A DNA stretch of 64,000 nt from an uncultured Christensenellaceae bacterium (GTDB lineage Bacteria; Bacillota; Clostridia; Christensenellales; Borkfalkiaceae): positions 5,589 through 69,588 of the forward strand of contig CAJUJF010000010.1 in the NCBI GenBank assembly GCA_910586825.1, given 5' to 3'. Shown one piece after another: positions 54,201-62,431 of this stretch; the stretch's first letter is position 1; the number at the start of each line of letters is the position of its first letter. The notes beneath the pieces are model-generated. The model worked only from the letters and a program-made list of their open reading frames with translations. It made no database searches and had not been told where the DNA came from. The position numbers were made by a program, and so were the translations under genes.

Positions 54201-54738
54201 CACCGAAGTTTATTCCAACACGGGCGGACAGGCTTCGAAATCCACCCCCATCGGCGCGGTTGCGAAATTCGCTTCGAGCGGAAAGCGCGTCAAGAAGAAG
54301 GATCTCGGCATGATCGCGGCGTCCTACGGATACGTTTACGTTGCGCAGTGCGCAATGGGCGCGGACAAGACGCAGCTCGTCAAAGCGCTGAAAGAAGCGG
54401 AAGCGTACCACGGACCTTCCCTCATCATCTGCTATGCGCCCTGCATCAACCACGGCATCAACATGACGAAGTCGCAGGCGGAACAGAAATCGGCGGTCGA
54501 TTGCGGTTACTGGCAGCTGTACCGTTACAATCCCGAACTTGCGGACAAGGGAGAGAACCCCTTCACCCTCGATTCGAAGGATCCCACCGAGGACTATCAG
54601 GCGTTCATCTTAGGCGAAACCCGTTATGCTTCGCTGAAAAAGACGCAGCCCGAAGTTGCGGAAGAACTCTTCAAAAAGACGGAAGAATCTTCGAAAGCGC
54701 GCCTTGCGGGCTATAAGAAGATGGCGGGAAAAGAATAA
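51202..54738 (+). CDS. nifJ: Pyruvate:ferredoxin (flavodoxin) oxidoreductase, single-polypeptide type
   Basis: 1178 aa from the ATG at 51202 (GGAGG upstream). It carries two 4Fe-4S motifs (CIQCNFCSFVCPH, CMGCGVCAEVCP), the TPP-binding GGDGWAYDIG, and the typical N-terminus MTIDGNTAASHVAYAFSE. Confidence 0.95.
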   Translation: MTKMTIDGNTAASHVAYAFSEVAAIYPITPSSPMAESADEWATQGRVNMWGQKLRIAEMQSEGGAAGAVHGSLTAGALTTTYTASQGLLLMIPNMYKISGELLPMVMHVSARALAAHSLNIFGDHADVMACRQTGFAMIAGCSVQEVMDLALVAHLSTLRSRVPFINFFDGFRTSHEVSKIDAIDYAEMKAIFDKKGLDKDVAAFKARALNPEHPVQRGTAQNGDTYFQNRETANSYYNATPAIVQEMMDEVSALTGRNYHLFDYVGDPKAENVIVIMGSGAETVEESINKLNKQGKKYGLIKVRLYRPFVTDAFVAAIPKTCKKIAVLDRTKEPGSLGEPLYLDVCTSLLEKGMKNIDVVGGRYGLGSKEFNPSMVLSVYKNLEAKQPKNHFTVGIYEDVTNTSLDFSEKFDAAPEGSTSCKFYGLGSDGTVGANKNSIKIIGDHTDMYAQAYFFYDSKKSGGITVSHLRFGKTPIQSEYLIDSADFIACHNPSYIIRYDMTSDLKEGGAFLLNAPWTTVEELEKNLPAKVKNALAKKHAKLYVIDAIEIAAKLGLRGRTNTILQSAFFLINEQIMPYATAVELMKKMAYKSFARKGDAIVQMNYNAIDSAKENLVKIEIPASWEKTTEGADMISQPGNDYFRNVVSPILALEGDKLPSSAFEADGTVPTGTTKYEKRGVAVMVPKWVKENCIQCNFCSFVCPHACIRPALVANGSDKPADFDTKPATGIPGYEFRMQVSPLDCMGCGVCAEVCPGMKGNKALVMTPFAELEVKEAKNWEYAVELPEADLSNAKMADVKKSQFTPSLFEFSGACAGCGETPYVKVVTQLFGDRMIVANATGCSSIYGGSSPTCPYTTNKQGHGPAWANSLFEDNAEFGYGMNLAYKARRSALKEKVEKLAGLWSGWAEGKAACERWIANMDDAEGSKTAAAELVKRIEECKDCGCECDALEKEIYTDKDCLVKKSFWIIGGDGWAYDIGYGGLDHVLASGEDVNVLVLDTEVYSNTGGQASKSTPIGAVAKFASSGKRVKKKDLGMIAASYGYVYVAQCAMGADKTQLVKALKEAEAYHGPSLIICYAPCINHGINMTKSQAEQKSAVDCGYWQLYRYNPELADKGENPFTLDSKDPTEDYQAFILGETRYASLKKTQPEVAEELFKKTEESSKARLAGYKKMAGKE

Positions 54739-54763
54739 TTTCCGCATAACGCAAAACGAACAG

Positions 54764-54798
54764 GAACGGCAATTTGGCAATCAAATTGCCGTTCTTTT
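54764..54798 (+). terminator. Intrinsic terminator after PFOR
   Basis: GAACGGCAATTT-GGCAATC-AAATTGCCGTTC (12-bp perfect stem), followed by TTTT. Confidence 0.75.
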
Positions 54799-54827
54799 AA
54801 AAACCGCAAATTTTACGGAGGATCACG

Positions 54828-56000
54828 GTGATCAATTTTTACTATAACAACCCTACGCGGATCGTCTTCGGGAGCGGAAAACTGAACTCTCTGCACGAAC
54901 AGGAATTTCCCGGCAAAAAGGCTCTGCTGCTCATTTCCAACGGCAAATCGGCGAAAACGAACGGCTCGTTCGACAAAGTCGTTTCCGAACTGAAAAAAGC
55001 GGGCGTAGACTACGCCGTATTCGATAAGATCATGGAAAATCCGATCCGCGAAGCGATCATGGAGGGCGCGGCGGTCGCAAGAGAAAACGGTTGCGATTTC
55101 ATTCTCGCGCTCGGCGGCGGCGCGGTTCTCGACAGTTCCGCCGGAATCGCGGCGATGGCGACCAACGACGGCGATCTTTGGGATTACGTTTCGGGCGGCA
55201 CGGGCAAAGCCCTGCCGCGCAAGAACAAGGGGATCCCCATCGTCGCCATTCCCACCACCTCCGGAACCGGTTCGGAAGTGAACTGCTGGGGCGTGATTTC
55301 CAATCTCGAAACCAAAGAAAAGATCGGCTTCGGCGCGGAAGATCTGGTGCCCGTTCTCGCAATCGTCGATCCCGAACTCATGAAAACGGTGCCGCCGAAA
55401 TACACGGCGTATCAGGGCTTCGACGCGCTGTTCCACAATACCGAAGTGATGATCAGCAAAGGGATCAACGTACTCAGCGAAGCGATCGCCCTTTCGGCGA
55501 TCGAAAACATCGCCGCCTACCTCCCCCGCGCGGTAAAGGACGGGAACGATCTCGAAGCGAGAGAGCGGGTTGCCTACGGCTCTACCGTCGCGGGCATGAC
55601 CATGCAGCTTTCGAACGTGACGGCGCAACATTCCATGGAACACGCGATGAGCGCGTACCACCACGATCTTCCGCACGGCGCGGGACTGATCATGATCTCC
55701 CTGGAATTCGCGCGGTTCTTTATCGAAAAACACGCTTGCGACGCGCAGTTCGTGAAAATGGCGCGCGTGATGGGAATCCCAGACGCCGAAAAAGCGGAGG
55801 ACTTTCTCACCGCGCTCGAAAACCTGCAAAAAGCGTGCGGCGTGGACGGATTGAAAATGAGCGACTACGGAATCGCATACGACGAAGCGGACGCGCTTGC
55901 AAAGAACGCCCGCGAGACAATGGGCGGACTGTTCCTCTCCAACCCCTGCGAAATGACGCACGCAGACTGCAAACGCATTTTCGAAAAAGCCTATCGTTAA
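54828..56000 (+). CDS. Iron-containing alcohol dehydrogenase
   Basis: Fe-ADH family motifs ALGGGAVLDS and PTTSGTGSE, plus the His-rich metal site HSMEHAMSAYHHDLPHGAG. GTG start with GGAGGA upstream. Confidence 0.9.
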   Translation: MINFYYNNPTRIVFGSGKLNSLHEQEFPGKKALLLISNGKSAKTNGSFDKVVSELKKAGVDYAVFDKIMENPIREAIMEGAAVARENGCDFILALGGGAVLDSSAGIAAMATNDGDLWDYVSGGTGKALPRKNKGIPIVAIPTTSGTGSEVNCWGVISNLETKEKIGFGAEDLVPVLAIVDPELMKTVPPKYTAYQGFDALFHNTEVMISKGINVLSEAIALSAIENIAAYLPRAVKDGNDLEARERVAYGSTVAGMTMQLSNVTAQHSMEHAMSAYHHDLPHGAGLIMISLEFARFFIEKHACDAQFVKMARVMGIPDAEKAEDFLTALENLQKACGVDGLKMSDYGIAYDEADALAKNARETMGGLFLSNPCEMTHADCKRIFEKAYR

Positions 56001-56046
56001 TCAGCGTTTGAAAGCGGTCTTTTCCTCAAAAACGTTTCTTTTAAAG

Positions 56047-56076
56047 AAAACGGGATCCTCCGATCCCGTTTTTTGT
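56047..56076 (+). terminator. Intrinsic terminator after the alcohol dehydrogenase gene
   Basis: AAACGGGATC-CTCC-GATCCCGTTT stem, followed by a T-run. Confidence 0.7.
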
Positions 56077-56146
56077 TTATCGGCAATTTTAGCGCGGCGG
56101 AAAAACGCGAAATCGGGAAAGTAACAGCGCGGACCGGAAAAGTAAC

Positions 56147-56186
56147 AACGGTTCGGGATACATTCCGAACCGTTTTATGATATAAT
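56147..56186 (+). promoter_or_regulatory. 10-bp perfect inverted repeat overlapping the -35 region, plus an extended -10, upstream of the XRE-family gene
   Basis: AACGGTTCGG (56147-56156) and CCGAACCGTT (56165-56174) are separated by 8 nt. TGATATAAT follows, with TATAAT at 56181-56186, ~29 nt upstream of the ATG. Confidence 0.4.
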
Positions 56187-56214
56187 GACGACAAGAGAAC
56201 AGCGAGGTTTTACG

Positions 56215-57810
56215 ATGCAATTCAACGAAAAGCTGAAACTTTTGCGAAAAGAAAAAGGAATTTCGCAAGCCGCGCTTGCCGAACGGATCTACGTAAGCAG
56301 AAGCGCCGTCGCGAAATGGGAAAACGGACACGGTCTTCCGAGCGAGGAATCGTTAAACATGCTTGCGGCTTTTTTCGGCGTCGCGGCCGAAGAACTCCTT
56401 TCCGACCCCGTCAACGAGACCGTGATCGTCGCGAAAAACAAGAAGCTTACGAAGCAGAAAATCTGGATCCTGATTTTGAGCGGCATTCTGTTTCTGGCGT
56501 CTTCGATCGCGATCGCGTTTACCGTTTTATATGCAAACAACCGCCGTTTGCATTTCTTTCCCGAACCGACCTTCACGCAAGAGCTGATCTTTGCGACCGA
56601 ACGGGAAACGGACCCCCTTTCGTTTATCGTTTACGGAGACGGCGAACTCGCCGACGGCAAAGAGTTTGCCGCGAGCAGAACTTTTGAAATAAAACACGGC
56701 GTCGGAGAACTGAAACTGCCGCAGTTGCTTTTAAGAAAAACCGTAAACGGCGCCGTTACTTACGAAAGTGTGAAATATGAAAACATCATTATTTATTCCG
56801 TCGGTCCGTTGGCGGTCAGAAAATCGGAAAACGAAATCTTTCTTCTCCCGACGGATTACTATCTCGACGAGTTCGACGGGCGTGCCAATCTCAAATACGG
56901 CGATCTTGTCGTATCCGTCAGAATCGAACGCCATAGAATCACGGCGCAAAGCGTCGCAATCCGTTTAGACGACGGTACGAATTCCGTCGGTCTGGCGCGG
57001 AAAAAGCTTATAAGCGCGGAGGTTCTTCCCTACAACGCCGACGGGACCTTAGTCATCTCGATCGAAAAAATCATGCGGAAAGACGGCTCGCAATACACGG
57101 GCGACCTTTCGGACTGTGCGAAAATCGAAAACCATTACCTGACGGTTTCCGAAACCGCCGAAATCGGCGCGCGGATTCACATAACCGCGACGGCGGTCAA
57201 AGACAACGTCAAAAGCGACGAACTCATCGTCGAAGTCGTACGCGTCCCGATCGAAAATTTCAACTTGCGTTTCGAAGATCTCGCCACGAATATCGACATC
57301 GGGGAAAGCCGGCTTCTGACGCTGCTCGTACGCCCGTCGGACGCAACGTTTAACGTCTTAAAAGAAGAGGCGAAACTTGCGCTCTTGACGCCCGAAATCG
57401 CCCTTTTGGAACTAACCGAAAACGGCTGGCGTCTTACCGTAACAAGCGATAAAAGCGCCGTCGGAAAAATCGTTACCGTTCGGGTGGAAGCGGACGGGCT
57501 CGTCGAAAATTTTTCTTGGGACGTGACAAGAATCCCCGTCGAGAGCGTCGCCGTCATGAATGCGGATGCGAACGGGGAAGCGCAGGAAACGTTCGAAACG
57601 TCCTTAAACGACAGACTGCGGATGCTTGTAAAAATCAAGCCGGAAAACGCGACGTACGACAAAATCATCGATACCGCACGGCGGACGCGCCTCGGCTCGG
57701 CAGATATTTCTCCCTGTCGGAGGACGGCGTGCCGGCCGCTTCCGAAAAAGCCCTCGCGGGCTCGGAAATCTTCGTCGGCGTCTATGTCGGCAGAAAACGC
57801 GCGAAGCTGA
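56215..57810 (+). CDS. Membrane-bound XRE-family HTH regulator with extracytoplasmic Ig-like repeats; 3' end frameshifted
   Basis: HTH LRKEKGISQAALAERIYVSRSAVAKWENG and TM helix IWILILSGILFLASSIAIAFTVLY. Three ~95-aa beta-rich repeats follow. After residue ~493 the frame yields Arg/Ser/Pro junk. The -1 frame (to 57839) encodes a plausible repeat C-terminus. Confidence 0.7.
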   Translation: MQFNEKLKLLRKEKGISQAALAERIYVSRSAVAKWENGHGLPSEESLNMLAAFFGVAAEELLSDPVNETVIVAKNKKLTKQKIWILILSGILFLASSIAIAFTVLYANNRRLHFFPEPTFTQELIFATERETDPLSFIVYGDGELADGKEFAASRTFEIKHGVGELKLPQLLLRKTVNGAVTYESVKYENIIIYSVGPLAVRKSENEIFLLPTDYYLDEFDGRANLKYGDLVVSVRIERHRITAQSVAIRLDDGTNSVGLARKKLISAEVLPYNADGTLVISIEKIMRKDGSQYTGDLSDCAKIENHYLTVSETAEIGARIHITATAVKDNVKSDELIVEVVRVPIENFNLRFEDLATNIDIGESRLLTLLVRPSDATFNVLKEEAKLALLTPEIALLELTENGWRLTVTSDKSAVGKIVTVRVEADGLVENFSWDVTRIPVESVAVMNADANGEAQETFETSLNDRLRMLVKIKPENATYDKIIDTARRTRLGSADISPCRRTACRPLPKKPSRARKSSSASMSAENARS

Positions 57811-57896
57811 TCAGGATCGTCGTCCGCAATCCCGCCTGAAAGGATTCCTCTTTGCCTGTCGATGCGTTTCCGCCGCCGAAGCGAAAGGACATATCG

Positions 57897-57934
57897 AAAA
57901 AGCTCTCGGCTATCCGCCGGGAGCTTTTGTGTTT
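57897..57934. terminator. Putative bidirectional terminator between the XRE gene and ribokinase
   Basis: AAGCTCTCGG-CTATCCG-CCGGGAGCTT (10 bp incl. one G-U), flanked by AAAA and TTGTGTTT. Confidence 0.45.
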
Positions 57935-57954
57935 GATAAATTCACGTCGCAAAA

Positions 57955-58866
57955 TCATTCTTTCGATCCGATTCTTTTTTGCAACGCTTCCGCCTCTGCG
58001 CGCGTGGGAACGGATACCTGCGCCCCGCGGCGGGTCACCGCGATTCCGGAACAGAGAGACGCGAAAGAAGCCGCCTCTTTCAAATCCGCGCCTTCGGCGA
58101 GTTTCACGCACAGCGCGCCGCAGTAGGTATCTCCCGCCGCCGTCGTATCCACCGCCTCCCCCGCGTCTACGCACGGGATCCGAAGCCGCTCCTTACGCGT
58201 ATACACAAGCGAGCCCTGTTCGCCGAGCGTGACGATCACCCCGCCCGCGCCGAGAGACAGCAACGTTTCGCACCCCGCTTCGATCTCCTCCCGCCCGCTC
58301 AGCAATTTCAGCTCTTTGCGGTTGGGCGTGATCAGGTCGGCATACGATACCGCCTCCCGCGCCTCCGACTTTGCGGGCGCGGGATTCAACACGGTAAACA
58401 GCCCTTTTTCTTTCGCGTATCGCAAGGCGGATAAGACGACGGGCAACGGCGTTTCCAACTGCGTGATGAACAGATCGCCCGCCTGCGCATCGGCAAGCAA
58501 CGCGCGCGCGTCCGCTTCCGTAACTTCGCCGTTCGCCCCCTCGTCCAGAATAATGCGGTTATCCCCGTCGATCACCGTGATCACCGCGACGCCCGTGTTC
58601 CGCTCTGTGCGGCGAACGCACGAAACGTCCGCGCCCGCGCCGTTAAGGCTCTTTAAAAGCAGATCGCCGAAGGCGTCCGTTCCGACCGCACCCGCCATTT
58701 TCACGCTGCCGCCGAGATTGGCGCAGGCGTAAGCCTGATTGGCGCCTTTGCCGCCGGCGGTGATCATGAAGCCGTTCCCTTTCAGCGTCTCGCCCGCTTC
58801 CGGCAGATAGGGCGCGCAGACGGTCAGATCGCAATTCAGACTTCCGAGCAAAAATATCCTTTTCAT
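57955..58866 (-). CDS. rbsK: Ribokinase (PfkB family)
   Basis: N-terminal GSLNCDL...AGGKGANQA and C-terminal DTTAAGDT motifs, at 303 aa. Confidence 0.9.
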   Translation of the reverse strand: MKRIFLLGSLNCDLTVCAPYLPEAGETLKGNGFMITAGGKGANQAYACANLGGSVKMAGAVGTDAFGDLLLKSLNGAGADVSCVRRTERNTGVAVITVIDGDNRIILDEGANGEVTEADARALLADAQAGDLFITQLETPLPVVLSALRYAKEKGLFTVLNPAPAKSEAREAVSYADLITPNRKELKLLSGREEIEAGCETLLSLGAGGVIVTLGEQGSLVYTRKERLRIPCVDAGEAVDTTAAGDTYCGALCVKLAEGADLKEAASFASLCSGIAVTRRGAQVSVPTRAEAEALQKRIGSKE

Positions 58867-58942
58867 ACGGGCATTATAACACGGGCGAAACGGGATGTCA
58901 AGAACCGCCGAAACACGCTCTGCCCTCCCGCCCCGAAACGCC

Positions 58943-60844
58943 CTATTTCGCTTTCCCGGCTTTGAATTTCATGTAGATCCCGTACCGTTCCGCAAACTTG
59001 CGGTAATGCAACGAATACGTCAACGTGCCGTTTTCGCATTTCAGCGTAAATTTTCCGCCTTGCTCCCTTTTCAGATGCCCGTCGATTCCTCTCATGTATT
59101 CCGCAACGGAATCCGCTGGAACGGCATAGACGATATCCCCGACCGCTTCTGCGGGCACGGTCACGTTCACGCCCGTCGTTGTCGTTTTCATGTCCTCCGC
59201 GCCCAGATCGGCGGAGAGCAAAAAAGGTCCGTACATAAACGCATAGGTGTTTTTCCCGTCGGGCAGATCATACGCGCGCACCCGCTTTTTCAGTTGCACA
59301 ACCACCCGATCGCCCTGTTCGACGTCGACGGAGACAAAGAGTTCGTCGCCCGCCGTCTCCGCTTCCTCGCCGTTTACCCGAACGGTAAATCCGTCCGACC
59401 AATACGGCCTGCGGAAACGCAAGGTCGTTTTGCCGCGCTCGACCGTGACCGTCGCGGTATCCGAACGTTCGAGATCGGCTTCCTGCACGAGCGCGACCTT
59501 ATCCGTTTCGTAACGCGCAGAGAGATACAGCGCAAGATAAGTCGCGTTCCCCGCGTCGTAAAAAATGCTGTCGCCGAGCTTGGAAAAACTCTCCATGCCG
59601 CTTCCCGTACAGCACCAGAAGTTGTTCTCCTCCGAGGAGTACACTTTGAAATACCCCGTCGCCATCGGTTGAAAATACGTCGTCATACCCGTTTCGGGAT
59701 TCTGAGAAGAGAGGATCGCGTTATAAAAGGTGTTTTCGTAATAGTCGAGATATTTTCTCTCGCCCGTGATCCCGAACAGCGCGCGGGAGAGTTTGAGCAT
59801 GTTGTAAGTATTGCAGGTTTCGCAATTCGCGTTGGTCCGTTCGCGGTCGAGAACGCTGTCTTTACCGAAATGCTCCCATTCGGAATTCCCGCCCGTGACG
59901 TAAGTGTGACGCCGAACGACGAAATCCCAGAATTTTTCGGCGGTTTCGAGATAACTTCTCGCATCCACGGTTTCGCCCGCGACCGTCTTTCCGTGACAGG
60001 CGATATATCGGTTCAGCGCGCCGAGGATCTTGGGAATCGTCGTGTTCGCGTGCACGCCGTCGAGATAGTCCGCCGTTTCATTTCTCGCCTTGGTAAAGAG
60101 GTCTTCCTCGTCAAAGCGGTGCGCCGCAACGGCGTACCTGTCTTTGCCCGTCAACAGATAAAGTTCGTACATGCAGTCGTTCATGCCGCCGTATTCGATC
60201 GCGAGTACGGTCCGCCGCGTCTCTTCGCTCCAACCGTTTACCCGATCGCAAACCCAATCACCGAGCGCCGCCGCAACTTCTTTCGCCGTCCCGTCTCCCG
60301 CGTAAACGGCGAGCGCGACCAGCCCCGCAACGATCTTATGCATGGTGTACCACGGCACCCACGCTTCCGCGGCGATGTCCGCGCGCCCGCGTTCGACGAA
60401 ATCGAACTGCGCCTCTTTGTTATCCCGATCGGCGGGCGCGGGCGCCGCGCCCCAGAGGAATCCCGCTTTCGCGCCCGCGGTCACGGCGTTATCCTGACAG
60501 CGTTTGAGTTCCGCGGCGAGATAGGTTATGCGGGCTTTCAGTTCCGCGCGGGACGGCTCCGAAGTATTTGCGTTGGCGTACGCCTGCGCGAGCGCGACCA
60601 TGTAGTGACCGAGCGTATGCCCGCCGATGAGCGCGCCCTCCCAGCCGCCTTGATAGGACGAAGGCGCGTCGGGCGCAAGCCCCGCGTTCACGTAAAAATA
60701 ATAGAGCAGTTTTCGAACGTCCAATTTCAGTAAATACGCGACTTCCTTTTCCATCGCCCGCGCGCAATATCCGTCCGTTACCTTTACTTCCCCAAGCCCT
60801 GTAAACGATACGGGTGCGGCGAAAGCCGCCGTAGACTGTTTCAT
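58943..60844 (-). CDS. GH127-family beta-L-arabinofuranosidase-like protein (DUF1680)
   Basis: At 633 aa it has HypBA1-like length and layout, including the Cys pair NFWCCTGSG typical of the GH127 Zn/Cys active site. Confidence 0.8.
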   Translation of the reverse strand: MKQSTAAFAAPVSFTGLGEVKVTDGYCARAMEKEVAYLLKLDVRKLLYYFYVNAGLAPDAPSSYQGGWEGALIGGHTLGHYMVALAQAYANANTSEPSRAELKARITYLAAELKRCQDNAVTAGAKAGFLWGAAPAPADRDNKEAQFDFVERGRADIAAEAWVPWYTMHKIVAGLVALAVYAGDGTAKEVAAALGDWVCDRVNGWSEETRRTVLAIEYGGMNDCMYELYLLTGKDRYAVAAHRFDEEDLFTKARNETADYLDGVHANTTIPKILGALNRYIACHGKTVAGETVDARSYLETAEKFWDFVVRRHTYVTGGNSEWEHFGKDSVLDRERTNANCETCNTYNMLKLSRALFGITGERKYLDYYENTFYNAILSSQNPETGMTTYFQPMATGYFKVYSSEENNFWCCTGSGMESFSKLGDSIFYDAGNATYLALYLSARYETDKVALVQEADLERSDTATVTVERGKTTLRFRRPYWSDGFTVRVNGEEAETAGDELFVSVDVEQGDRVVVQLKKRVRAYDLPDGKNTYAFMYGPFLLSADLGAEDMKTTTTGVNVTVPAEAVGDIVYAVPADSVAEYMRGIDGHLKREQGGKFTLKCENGTLTYSLHYRKFAERYGIYMKFKAGKAK

Positions 60845-60961
60845 CCTTTCCCCTCCTTGCCCTTAACCGGTTACGATCATTTTACCATAAAACCCGAAAA
60901 TTGCAATAACCTTCGCCGTATTTTTGTCCGCAAGAACCGATAACATCCGTCCGATCGGGAA

Positions 60962-60998
60962 CGGAAAAAGCCGCGACCCGTAACCGAGCCGCGGCTTT
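60962..60998 (-). terminator. Intrinsic terminator after the DUF1858 gene
   Basis: Minus strand AAAGCCGCG...CGCGGCTTT forms a 9-bp stem, followed by TTCC after a T-run. Confidence 0.5.
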
Positions 60999-61011
60999 CC
61001 CTTTTTTCGGA

Positions 61012-61209
61012 TTATTCGATGCCTTCGTTCAGCTTTGCAAGCAGAGAATCGAGGTCTTCGCCGTGTACGGCAACCGCCTCGGCAACCGTTTCGCCGTGCG
61101 CAAGCGCGCAACCGAAACAGTGCATTCCCGCGCCGAGCAGGATTTCCGCCGCATTGGGGTTGAGTTCCAAGCAGTCCGCAATCAACGTGTCCGCTGTGAT
61201 TTTCGCCAT
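61012..61209 (-). CDS. Small DUF1858 / redox-disulfide type protein (65 aa)
   Basis: The ATG at 61209 has AGGAG upstream. The LLGAGMHCFGCALAHGETV motif (C-x-x-C) is typical of hybrid-cluster-protein-associated DUF1858 proteins. Confidence 0.7.
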   Translation of the reverse strand: MAKITADTLIADCLELNPNAAEILLGAGMHCFGCALAHGETVAEAVAVHGEDLDSLLAKLNEGIE

Positions 61210-61297
61210 TTCAAACTCCTTTCCTTTCGTTCTTATCTCTATTTTACCACTTTTTCCCCGACTTTTCAACTGTTTGGGGAAAATTTCTTTTCTCCGC

Positions 61298-61753
61298 TTA
61301 AAGCGCCAACAACCAATAGATCAGCCCGACGGCGGCGCCCGCGCTGACGCCGAACACGATGATCGGTCCCGCAACGACGAACATCTTTGCCGCCATGCCG
61401 TATACGAACCCCTCGGTTTTGAATTCGATGGCGGGCGAGGCGACGGAATTGGCAAAGCCCGTGATCGGCACGATGCTTCCCGCGCCCGCGTTTTTCCCGA
61501 TCCGATCGTATACGCCGAACCCCGTCAGCAACGTGCCCAAGAATATGAGCACGACGGAAACGGTTCCTGCGAGTTCGTCACCCTGCAATCCCGCGAATTC
61601 GAGCATATACCGAATAAACTGACCGATACAGCAAATAAACCCGCCTACGAAAAACGCCCTTCCGCACGTCTTGAAATGTTGCGTGGGCGGATTGAAAGAG
61701 TTGACGTAATTGATATAATTGCGGTTGTAATTTTCCTTTGACTTCCCCGTCAT
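61298..61753 (-). CDS. spoVAC: Stage V sporulation protein AC
   Basis: GRAFFVGGFICCIGQ and GAGSIVPITGFANSV match the SpoVAC/SpoVAEB family, at 151 aa. Confidence 0.9.
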   Translation of the reverse strand: MTGKSKENYNRNYINYVNSFNPPTQHFKTCGRAFFVGGFICCIGQFIRYMLEFAGLQGDELAGTVSVVLIFLGTLLTGFGVYDRIGKNAGAGSIVPITGFANSVASPAIEFKTEGFVYGMAAKMFVVAGPIIVFGVSAGAAVGLIYWLLAL

Positions 61754-61859
61754 TGCCGCGCCTCCTCACGGATCTCGACATGCGGCTGATCGGGAAAGCA
61801 GCTCTCCCGTTCTTCGCGGGTTTTCCCGAGCGGATTGATCCGAATTTTTTTCATACCCT

Positions 61860-61889
61860 TAATATGGGAATCCGCCGCAAAAAATATAC
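61860..61889 (-). promoter_or_regulatory. Forespore sigma-G/sigma-F type promoter upstream of spoVAC
   Basis: Minus strand reads GTATA, an 18-nt spacer, then CATATTA. This matches the sigma-G consensus (G-[CT]-ATA N17-18 CAT-x-x-TA). It lies ~100 nt upstream of the spoVAC ATG. Confidence 0.5.
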
Positions 61890-61923
61890 CGATGCGGAAT
61901 TTCTCCGCATCGGTTTTCTTTTT
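61879..61923. terminator. Bidirectional intrinsic terminator ending the phage-like gene string
   Basis: ACCGATGCGGA-ATTTC-TCCGCATCGGT (11-bp perfect stem), flanked by AAAAAATAT and TTTCTTTTT. Confidence 0.65.
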
Positions 61924-61942
61924 CCGCCGCCCTTTCGGTCTC

Positions 61943-62431
61943 TCAGCAGTAACTTGCGAGCAAATCGTACAGCGTCTGATAAAATTCCCCCAGATAGCTT
62001 CGCGCCAGCGTATCCATGGCGTAAGCCTGCAAACGGGCGTCAGGATCCTCTACCTTCATGTAATAATTCCGCACCGCGATAAACCGCTGCGACGGCGAAA
62101 GATTGGGATTGGGGTTTTCGGGATAACGGTACGGTCCGTTTTCGTTCCCCTCCGACTGCAATCCCTCGTAAGCGAGCTGATAGAGCAGATCCTGCCGGAT
62201 GACTTCCGTCCCGCTCTTCACTTCCGCGGCGATCCTCTGCTGTTCCGCCTGATACATTGTCGAACGCGCGGTATTGTTTGCAAGCAGCATGTTGAACAGC
62301 TCCTGCGTGGTCCGCTCCGCTTCGGCAATGAGTTCGTTCTTCTTCGTCTGCGCCGCGCGCACCATCGCAAGTTGAACGGCGTTGAGGTTCGCAAATTGTT
62401 CGTCCGTAAGATCGATAATGTCGATGGTCAT
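61943..62431 (-). CDS. Hypothetical protein (162 aa), last gene of a phage-like cluster
   Basis: It has a 4-nt ATGA overlap with the upstream gene and is helical and charged. I recognised no family. Confidence 0.55.
   Translation of the reverse strand: MTIDIIDLTDEQFANLNAVQLAMVRAAQTKKNELIAEAERTTQELFNMLLANNTARSTMYQAEQQRIAAEVKSGTEVIRQDLLYQLAYEGLQSEGNENGPYRYPENPNPNLSPSQRFIAVRNYYMKVEDPDARLQAYAMDTLARSYLGEFYQTLYDLLASYC

Noticed and set aside
51676-54453. 925-aa minus-strand ORF opposite PFOR, and similar antisense ORFs opposite other genes (2541-4238, 7068-8075, 9718-10875, 12081-13169, 14951-16687, 36939-38744, 38913-40361, 40644-42071, 54813-55961, 58895-60733, 61835-62734).
   Set aside because: Each overlaps a confidently identified gene on the other strand. 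The translations are Arg-rich and motif-free. These are mirror-frame artefacts.
61750-61854. 34-codon ORF overlapping the spoVAC start (ATGA).
   Set aside because: Its ATG coincides with the TSS predicted from the sigma-G-like promoter. It has only a weak AAGGG upstream and no recognisable family. It is probably just 5' UTR.
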